Assembly (NCBI GenBank): GCA_963532885.1
Contig: CAUSLI010000002.1
Coordinates: 82,011-146,010 of the forward strand
Reading direction: 5' to 3'
DNA length: 64,000 nucleotides
From: an uncultured Candidatus Saccharibacteria bacterium
GTDB lineage: Bacteria; Patescibacteriota; Saccharimonadia; Saccharimonadales; Saccharimonadaceae
Part shown: one piece after another, positions 57,014 to 64,000 of the stretch
Layout of the letters: each line of letters opens with the position of its first letter
Numbering within the stretch: the stretch's first letter is position 1
Program-made: the position numbers and the translations under genes
Notes under the pieces: model-generated
What the model saw: only the letters and a program-made list of their open reading frames with translations
Databases searched by the model: none
What the model was told of the DNA's origin: nothing

Positions 57014-58582
57014 ATGAGGGAACTCAGGCAAGCAAAGTATAATAAATGGAGAACGCTCGCTCGCGTGTCTCAGGCTGGGTGCCTGGTGGCGGTAGCTGCC
57101 ATGGTGGCATTGTTTGCCCAGCCTACACGGGCCGCCCAAGAGGTAGCCTGGAAGGACCAAGCTGGCTCTGGTGCAAAGAACTGGTCGGCAATGGCTGGCT
57201 CGGCAGATGGCACCAAGCTCGTTGCAGCAGTGAATGTCGGGAATGTCTACACCTCGACAGACAGCGGTGTCACCTGGAACGAACGACCAATAACTGGTCT
57301 TACCACTCCGCAAAAGTGGACGGCTCTTGCCAGCTCGGCCGATGGTAGCAAGATTGCTGCCTTTTACCAATGGGGTGGCTACATGTACACCTCGAATGAC
57401 TCAGGTGCTACCTGGACGAAAAATGGTCTCCCAGGAGCTGCTGGAGACTGGGTGTCTGTTACTAGCTCGGCAGACGGCACCAAGCTCGCCGCTGTGGCAA
57501 CCAACCGTGGGGTATTTACCTCCACCAACTCTGGCGCAAGCTGGAAAGAGCAAGCCAACCCAGGTGCGAAGAAGTGGACATCAATCGCTGGCTCAGCAGA
57601 CGGCACCAAGCTTGCTGCGACTGTTGCCGACGGCGTTGTCTACACCTCGACAGACAGCGGTGTCACCTGGACAGAGCAAGCAGCCGCTGGCACTCAGAAG
57701 TGGACATCGATCGCTAGCTCAGCCGATGGCATGAAGCTCGCTGCTACAGTCAACGGTGGTAAGATTCATACCTCGACAGATGGTGGCGTCACCTGGAAAG
57801 AGCAGGCTGCATCGACCCCGCAGAAGTGGACATCAATCGCTAGCTCGGCTGATGGTATGAAGCTTGCTGCAACCGTCAATGGTGGCAAGATCTACACTTC
57901 AGACGATGGTGGTGCAACCTGGATGGAAAATGACAGCGCTGCTACCGGTGCGTGGTCGGCTGTTGTTATGTCGAACGACGGTGCTAACCTCGCTGCAGCA
58001 CTCAACGGCGGCAACATCAACACAGCAACAGCTAAGGACAAGCCAGTTGTGCAGCCAGCTCCGGCCAACCCAGCGCCCGCAAATCCAGCTCCAGCTAACC
58101 CTGCGCCTGCCAACCCAGCTCCGGCTAACCCAGCTCCAGCAAATCCTGCCCCAGCCAACCCGGCTCCCGCTAATCCAGCGCCTGCCAATCCTGCGCCCGC
58201 AACGCCCGCACCAGCTACCCCTGCTCCAGCGACGCCCGCACCTGCGACTCCAGCACCAGCAAACCCCGCGCCTGCCAATCCTGCGCCTGCTACACCCGCT
58301 CCGGCCATACCTGCGCCCGCAAATCCAGCTCCGGCAAATCCAGCCCCAGCTGAGCCAGCCGTAGAACCTGCACCAGCAGAAGAGCCGGCTCCAGCTGCAG
58401 AGCAAGCACCAGCAGCCAACCCAGCACCTGCAGCTAAACCAGCAGCAGAGGCTGCCGCTCCTGCTAAGCACGAAGGTCCAGCTCTCGCTGACACCGGTGA
58501 CAGCGTATGGCTCGTTGCTGCACTCGCAGCCAGTGGTCTTGGCGCCGGAAGCTTCTGGTTCGTCAAGAGCCGCAAGAACTAG
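57014..58582 (+). CDS. surface protein: BNR/beta-propeller repeats, PAPAN stalk, LAxTG sorting signal
   Basis: signal peptide; repeated W.SIA.SADG.KL...YTS.D.G.TW; LADTG, hydrophobic helix, KSRKN; GGAGG SD. Confidence 0.9.
   Translation: MRELRQAKYNKWRTLARVSQAGCLVAVAAMVALFAQPTRAAQEVAWKDQAGSGAKNWSAMAGSADGTKLVAAVNVGNVYTSTDSGVTWNERPITGLTTPQKWTALASSADGSKIAAFYQWGGYMYTSNDSGATWTKNGLPGAAGDWVSVTSSADGTKLAAVATNRGVFTSTNSGASWKEQANPGAKKWTSIAGSADGTKLAATVADGVVYTSTDSGVTWTEQAAAGTQKWTSIASSADGMKLAATVNGGKIHTSTDGGVTWKEQAASTPQKWTSIASSADGMKLAATVNGGKIYTSDDGGATWMENDSAATGAWSAVVMSNDGANLAAALNGGNINTATAKDKPVVQPAPANPAPANPAPANPAPANPAPANPAPANPAPANPAPANPAPANPAPATPAPATPAPATPAPATPAPANPAPANPAPATPAPAIPAPANPAPANPAPAEPAVEPAPAEEPAPAAEQAPAANPAPAAKPAAEAAAPAKHEGPALADTGDSVWLVAALAASGLGAGSFWFVKSRKN
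58055..58354 (+). repeat. 20 x 15-nt tandem repeat encoding PAPA(N/T/I/E)
   Basis: direct reading; synonymous codon variation between units. Confidence 0.92.
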
Positions 58583-58611
58583 AGCACTGCACTGCAGCGT
58601 CTCTATACCCA

Positions 58612-58646
58612 AGAGAAAGGCATATAGTATGCCTTTCTCTTTTTTG
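58612..58646 (+). terminator. intrinsic terminator
   Basis: AGAGAAAGGCATA/TATGCCTTTCTCT plus T tract. Confidence 0.88.
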
Positions 58647-59162
58647 GTTGGCAGACGCATAAGGAGAGTGGTCTACTTCTTGAGTAGAGCGAACGGTGGT
58701 GTGGGCTAGGCTATGTGGCTAATGCTAGGCCTTTTGCAGTAATCTTCTGCAGAGAGAAGGTGAGGGGGTGAGAGAAGCAAGTGGCCTCTAGGAGGTTGGT
58801 ACTGGTGTATATTTTGTCTCCTTCTCCGGCATTTATGCGCCGTAGAGATGCCCCGAGCATACGTAATAACAATATGCAAAAGCTGGCAGGGGCGCGCTTC
58901 TAATAGGGTTTATTTGCTCTGTAGTATGGCGTCATGGCCGCGACCGTGGCTTGTAGTAGGGGCTGTCTCGCGCGGCTATACCTCCCCAAAGTAGGATAAA
59001 GAAGGGAGGTAAGAGTATCGAACCACACACCAGAGGGTCTGCAAGCCGCCACACTGGCGAATAGCCTGCAGTTGCCGCTGGGGCATTGCCGTGTGTCACG
59101 TATATTGTAACTATACATAATAGTGACGAATCTGATACTCTCGCCAGGCGCAGCAGAAGAGC

Positions 59163-59200
59163 AAAAGAAATCGGCTTGGATAGCATAGTATCCAAGCCGA
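59163..59200 (-). terminator. intrinsic terminator of the GH16 gene
   Basis: TCGGCTTGGATA/TATCCAAGCCGA with A tract on the + strand upstream. Confidence 0.85.
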
Positions 59201-59227
59201 GGTGCACCTGCGTGGGGTAGTAGTGCG

Positions 59228-61924
59228 CTACGAGCGCCGTTTGCGGAGCATCCACACCCCGCCGCTGCCTAGCGCAATTGCAGCGAGGGCGGTGGGGAGG
59301 AGGCTGTCGCCAGTGTTGGCAAGGAGGCCACTAGGGCGCGATGAGTTGCTGGTAGAGCCAGTGTGCGATGCATCTTCGTAGATGGCGATGGGGTCGAGGA
59401 TCGTGCCGTTGGCAGTGCCGTCTTCGTCGCCAAAGCCGCCATCGGTTACATCGTAGGCGATCGTTGTGCGTGTACCGCTCGGGTTTGTGCCAAAGTTGAT
59501 CCGGCTTGTGATGTCTTCGATGACTGAGCCACCTTTGGCCAGCTTGAGCACGGTGAGGCGGCTTGGGTCGCGGTAGTGCTCGCTGAGTGTCAGTGCTACA
59601 TGAGTGGTGTAGCCAGTGTGGGATGTGTGCTCAGCACAGGTGATGGTGAAGCGCACGCTGTTGCGCAGAACCCGGCCTTGGTACTGCGCGGGGGCGGTTG
59701 CCGGCTCGGCCGAGGCAATGTGGCTGCACGGTTTGCCGGCCGTAGCGAGCGATACCGCACCGCCGTGTGGCTGGGTAATGGTAGTTGAGTTGGTTGGCTG
59801 ATTTGGCTGCTTCGGCTGCTTGGGTGTTGGTGTGGATGGGGCTGATGTGATGGCGTTGAGCCGAGCCTGGAGGGCGGCTTGTTTGCGTGCATCCTTGACG
59901 GCGGCAATGCGAGCTTGGGCAGTAGCAATGTCTGCTGGGTTCTTGCTGGCTTCGGCTCGGGCCACAGCAGCTTCGGCAGCAGCTAGTGTGCGATCATCTA
60001 CCGGTGGAGTGGTGGTATATATCATGCCACCGTAGGCAGCAGCTATCAGCTTGCTCCCATCGGTCGAGCTGGCAAGGGCTGACCAGTTGGGCACGCCAGG
60101 CGACGTCTGAGCTACCCATGTTGCGCCGCCGTCGGTCGATACGTAGATATAACCACCACCGCCAGCTGTTGCAGCGAGGGTGCTGCCATCGGCCGAGATG
60201 GTTGCTGCTGTCCAGTTGTGCCGGCCGTCCACGCTGTGCTCCGTCCACGTCACGCCACCGTCGGCCGAAGTATAGATATAGCCACCAGCAGCTGTTGCGA
60301 CGAGCTTTGTGCCATCGGGCGAGCTGGCAATTGATGTCCAGGTGCGGTTGCCAGCTTGGGCGCGTTCTGTCCAGGTCTTGCCGCCGTCTAAGGAGGTATA
60401 GATAGCACCGCCTTCCACGACTGCGGCTAGTTTATTGCCGTCGGCCGAGCTTGTGACGGCGCGCCATTTGCGGCTGCCCGACTTTGGTTGCTCCGTCCAC
60501 GTTGCACCGCCATCGCGCGAGGTGTAGATAACGTGATCCTTGGCGACAGCCACCAGCTTATTGCCATCAGCCGAGCTCGCGATCGACATCCAGTTGATCG
60601 ACCCACTCATCGCGTGCTTGTGCCACGTTGCACCACCGTCTTGTGATGTCATGATGTAGCCGCCCCAGTCGTAGAGTGCCGCAATCTTGCTCCCATCAGC
60701 CGAGCTTGCGATACTCACCCAGTTGCGCACCTCAGACTTTGGTTGCTCCGTCCACGTTGCACCGCCATCGCGCGAGGTATGGATTGTGCCACCCCAGGCG
60801 GCAGCTGCCAGTTTGCTCCCATCAGCCGAGCTGGCAAGGGCCGACCATTTGCGGTCGCCTGCAGCATCATGCTTGGCCCATTTCGTGCCGGTTGCTGGCA
60901 CTGGCGTCTCGGGTGGCTGCGTACCCGCACCCTTTTGGAAGACACGCACATAGTCGATCAGCATCGTCTGTGTGGGAAATGGCTCAGACGGGTCGATAGG
61001 GCTGAGGTTTTTGCTAATCTCTACGTAGTCGTTGAGGATGAATTGCCAGCCGCGGTGGAATGCCCCATTGATATTCTCTTGGCTGGCAACCTTCGTGAGT
61101 GGCTCAGAGTCCTTCCGAGGAGTGATGTTGCCATCGTCGGTAGGGCTCACATGGTAGCGATACACCTTGATGGGCTGGTCGTCTACAAAGTACTTGATCG
61201 TCGTACCATCATACTCAACTGCCCAGGTGTGCCACTCGTAGGCAAACGAGCCTGGCCGCGCACCGGCATAGTGCTCGCCACTGTGCGATAGGGCACGCGT
61301 CCGCCAGCCAGTCTTCCATTTGGCATCGACACCATGGTGGTAGCACGACATGTGTGTGGTCGACCACGCGTAATTTGGTGTGGATGAGTACCACTCGATG
61401 ATGTCTAGCTCACCGTATGGGTCGTTGGCCTTGGGGTTGTCGTTGCAGTTTTGGAGCGTATTGCCACTCACCATCCACAGCGATGGCCGCGTGCCACGCT
61501 TGCCATTCCAATTAAACTTCGCCCGAATCTCGGCTCGGAATGGCTTAGTGCCGTCCACAACCTTGCCCTTGTTTTTGACCCGTCCACTGAGGTAGCGGGT
61601 TGTGGTGCCGCTGGGGCAGGGCTGCTCACTCATGTTGGCACTGGTGAGCGGCTCGTTCAAATTGCTCACGCAGTGGCGCTGCGTGGTAATCTCGAGATGG
61701 CTGTTGGCGACCTTGAGATTATTTGGGCTGTAGGCGAGGTGGGTATTGCGCAAGTTGTCAGTATTTTGCTTTAGTATGTCCCACTCACCAGACACAGCCG
61801 AGCCAGTAAACTCATCGTGCCACACCATACCCCATTGGTCGGCATGTGTTGTGCCATGATAGAGAAGTGCAAGCAACACAACACTACCAAGTGCCGCAAG
61901 CACAATAATTGCTTTTTTTATCAC
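59228..61924 (-). CDS. surface protein: GH16, beta-propeller repeats, choice-of-anchor-U-like domain, LAxTG signal
   Basis: WHDEF, ELDIIE catalytic motif, WHTWAVEY, IDYVRVFQ; DGGFGDEDGTANGTILDP; LANTG, TM, RKRRS. Confidence 0.9.
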   Translation of the reverse strand: MIKKAIIVLAALGSVVLLALLYHGTTHADQWGMVWHDEFTGSAVSGEWDILKQNTDNLRNTHLAYSPNNLKVANSHLEITTQRHCVSNLNEPLTSANMSEQPCPSGTTTRYLSGRVKNKGKVVDGTKPFRAEIRAKFNWNGKRGTRPSLWMVSGNTLQNCNDNPKANDPYGELDIIEWYSSTPNYAWSTTHMSCYHHGVDAKWKTGWRTRALSHSGEHYAGARPGSFAYEWHTWAVEYDGTTIKYFVDDQPIKVYRYHVSPTDDGNITPRKDSEPLTKVASQENINGAFHRGWQFILNDYVEISKNLSPIDPSEPFPTQTMLIDYVRVFQKGAGTQPPETPVPATGTKWAKHDAAGDRKWSALASSADGSKLAAAAWGGTIHTSRDGGATWTEQPKSEVRNWVSIASSADGSKIAALYDWGGYIMTSQDGGATWHKHAMSGSINWMSIASSADGNKLVAVAKDHVIYTSRDGGATWTEQPKSGSRKWRAVTSSADGNKLAAVVEGGAIYTSLDGGKTWTERAQAGNRTWTSIASSPDGTKLVATAAGGYIYTSADGGVTWTEHSVDGRHNWTAATISADGSTLAATAGGGGYIYVSTDGGATWVAQTSPGVPNWSALASSTDGSKLIAAAYGGMIYTTTPPVDDRTLAAAEAAVARAEASKNPADIATAQARIAAVKDARKQAALQARLNAITSAPSTPTPKQPKQPNQPTNSTTITQPHGGAVSLATAGKPCSHIASAEPATAPAQYQGRVLRNSVRFTITCAEHTSHTGYTTHVALTLSEHYRDPSRLTVLKLAKGGSVIEDITSRINFGTNPSGTRTTIAYDVTDGGFGDEDGTANGTILDPIAIYEDASHTGSTSNSSRPSGLLANTGDSLLPTALAAIALGSGGVWMLRKRRS

Positions 61925-62230
61925 CGTTTTGTCCCCCCCTGTTTTTGTCTAAAAACGTTATGAGCATGATTATAACGCTTATGGTTAGTTTTTTGCAAGG
62001 GGTTAGGCCCATAATCTTGCAAGACTCGCTGCATAATGCATATTTTTGCCAGGGCGAGAGAGCACTGTATATTCTCGCAGTGTGGGCAGTTATCCACGCG
62101 ATTTCCACAGTACGATGTGGTTTTTACACTGCTACAGAGATGGGGTAATAAGGGGTGGTCTTTTGGGCTATTACAACAGAGGATAGTGGGGTATACTAGA
62201 GGCACAACAACCTAACACAAAGGAGGGTGT

Positions 62231-63091
62231 ATGACGAAGTTAATTAACTATTCGCTGGCAGGTGTGGCAGTGGCCGCAGCCATGGTGTGCCTGAGTGGTG
62301 CGCCAGCTCATGCTACCGAGCAAGAGCTCAGTGCAGCGCGTGCGGCGTGTAGTACAGTGGTAGGGCAGGTTAAGGCGGCCAAAGCATATGCCTACTGGAA
62401 GATGCCGGAGGGCTACCCAGAAGACCACAGCGCCGATGCGACCAACAGCTTTCGCCAGCAGCACGGCTGGGTGGTAGCCGGCACAGAGGTGTACGACTGG
62501 GCATCTAACGAATCATTTGCCAACAGTGGGCGCTTTGTCTGGGGGAGCAAGACGGTCAACTTTGCGCCAGGGAATTTCTGCCTGAGTAGTGGCAAGACGA
62601 CGGGTGGCCGCGAGCTCCTTCTTACCTTCCAAAAGGATGGCAACCTCGTACTCTATAGCCACACTGGCACGGCCCAGTGGGCATCGAATACTCAAGGTAA
62701 GGGTGCACGCCTGGCCTTCCAGGGCGACCGCAATATTGTTGTGTACGACAAGAACGATAAGGCCATCTGGGCATCGAGCTGGCAGTGGAGCACACCACGC
62801 CGCGGTGCCAAGATTGCTCAGCCTGGCCAGCGCTGGTGGCACGGCTATGCCAAGGCGCAGCAAACACCAGAGTGGTTCCATGCGTTGCGCCGCGTCACAA
62901 CCAAGCCACAAGACACTGGCGTGCTCACCCTGCGTGCCACCGACCGCACCATCGAGGGTATCCCCGAGACCAACTGGGCCTCGCCACAGTACCCACAGCG
63001 CGCTACCTATGGCTCGGTAGTGGTAACCAACGAAGCACGAGGCGATGGCATACGAAACCACGTCAACATCGTTGGGACGTTTGATAACTAA
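62231..63091 (+). CDS. secreted protein with bulb-type (GNA-like) lectin domain
   Basis: signal peptide ending AHA; QKDGNLVLY..WAS and QGDRNIVVY..WAS; GGAGG SD. Confidence 0.85.
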   Translation: MTKLINYSLAGVAVAAAMVCLSGAPAHATEQELSAARAACSTVVGQVKAAKAYAYWKMPEGYPEDHSADATNSFRQQHGWVVAGTEVYDWASNESFANSGRFVWGSKTVNFAPGNFCLSSGKTTGGRELLLTFQKDGNLVLYSHTGTAQWASNTQGKGARLAFQGDRNIVVYDKNDKAIWASSWQWSTPRRGAKIAQPGQRWWHGYAKAQQTPEWFHALRRVTTKPQDTGVLTLRATDRTIEGIPETNWASPQYPQRATYGSVVVTNEARGDGIRNHVNIVGTFDN

Positions 63092-63129
63092 GCCGCATAT
63101 GTAGCCTATATCACGTTCTGCTCACTATG

Positions 63130-63162
63130 CCCCGCATCATACTGATGCGGGGTGTTTGGTTT
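63130..63162 (+). terminator. probable terminator
   Basis: CCCCGCATCA/TGATGCGGGG plus T-rich tail. Confidence 0.8.
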
Positions 63163-63291
63163 TCTGTGGAGCAGTGTAAAAGCCGTTTTAAAATGCCTTG
63201 ACCTAAGATAGCACCTATTGTCGCTATGCTTGCCCATAGAGCAGGGTTATACTATTATATCTAGTATCACAAGGTAAGTAAGGATCAACTT

Positions 63292-63819
63292 ATGAGCAAA
63301 AAAGAAGGACTACAGACAGAAACCAACTGGTACGACCGATCAGCGAAGATTGTTGGCTCGGTGGCAGCGCTAGCGGTTACCACAGGAGGTGTGGCTGGCT
63401 GTGCAAGCTTGGAAAAAGATGTGGGTGTGACGATAGAAAGGCAATGCACAACACACGACGGTGGTCTCGTTGGCTGGGAGAATGTTTCGTATAAAGATAA
63501 CCCACCTTCCTTTACCGGGTATGAAGCCGATAAGGCAACGCTTCATTGCCCAAAGGGGTCGACCGTTACGCCGGAGCACAGCGTGAGCTATACATTATTT
63601 GACCCAACTGACCCCACGCAGCTCAATCATGCACGATGGGATCAGATGAAGGGCGAGAGTGTCTCGTATATTGTCAAAGAAACAAATCGTGACGACCCAG
63701 TCCTGACGACAGAAAGCGACAGCACTGGTACCGAAGTGACAATACGCACGGTGGAGCAGAGTGGGCTTGCTGTGCATCTGGATCGATACGAACAAAAGAA
63801 ACCATCACACGATAAGTAA
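63292..63819 (+). CDS. putative lipoprotein
   Basis: hydrophobic stretch ending in VAGC lipobox; AAGGA SD. Confidence 0.75.
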   Translation: MSKKEGLQTETNWYDRSAKIVGSVAALAVTTGGVAGCASLEKDVGVTIERQCTTHDGGLVGWENVSYKDNPPSFTGYEADKATLHCPKGSTVTPEHSVSYTLFDPTDPTQLNHARWDQMKGESVSYIVKETNRDDPVLTTESDSTGTEVTIRTVEQSGLAVHLDRYEQKKPSHDK

Positions 63820-63873
63820 AAATAATCTCACCTGCCTTGCTAGGCTATATAACGGGGAAGGAATTTGAAATAG

Positions 63874-64000
63874 ATGAAAACAATCTATATCCACGAATCT
63901 GGCACGTTGGACTTGGGCTGCCATAAGCCCTACTTTGTCATGGCAGCGCTGATGATCGACGACGAGAAAGCGCTCAAACGAATGACGAATCTTATCCGGC
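63874..64000 (+). CDS. DUF3800-like protein, 5' part only
   Basis: MKTIYIHESG...PYFVMAALM resembles the YxDESG...YFV start of DUF3800; runs off window. Confidence 0.6.
   Translation, partial: MKTIYIHESGTLDLGCHKPYFVMAALMIDDEKALKRMTNLIR

Noticed and set aside
58055..58354. CRISPR array
   Set aside because: 15-nt in-frame coding repeats without unique spacers; no cas genes in the window.
58650..59160. Gene or ncRNA between the two terminators
   Set aside because: Only short ORFs without start signals and no extended pairing that I could support.
1..64000. Alternative genetic code 25 (UGA = Gly)
   Set aside because: TGA ends rseP, ftsE, the kinase and the receiver at expected positions with ATGA coupling; long genes have no in-frame TGA.

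Overview
64 kb of a small-genome bacterial chromosome, most consistent with Saccharibacteria (TM7, Patescibacteria/CPR) using the standard genetic code; the taxonomy is an inference from gene content and protein style. A housekeeping backbone (frr-uppS-rseP, proS-greA, lysS, uppP, serS-pyrD, hpf, secA, murD, prfB, ftsE-ftsX-pcsB-like, ctpA, rpmA, xseAB, recO, dimeric glyS) is interleaved with single lineage-specific genes and cell-surface proteins: a membrane-anchored (alpha/alpha)6 glycosidase-like protein, a collagen-like fibre, two LAxTG-tailed beta-propeller proteins (one with a GH16 domain) and a bulb-type lectin. No rRNA, tRNA, CRISPR array, integrase or transposase was seen. The most notable unannotated signals are: (1) a structured minus-strand transcript with a 30-aa hydrophobic peptide behind a sequestered Shine-Dalgarno (type I toxin-like) at about 15.4-15.75 kb; (2) a roughly 320-nt multi-domain structured RNA candidate between prfB and ftsE; (3) a NYN/PIN nuclease gene with a promoter-to-terminator antisense sRNA over its stop codon; (4) a dispersed non-coding repeat of about 87 bp in three copies; (5) pervasive leaderless gene starts; (6) several single-base frameshifts in accessory genes.
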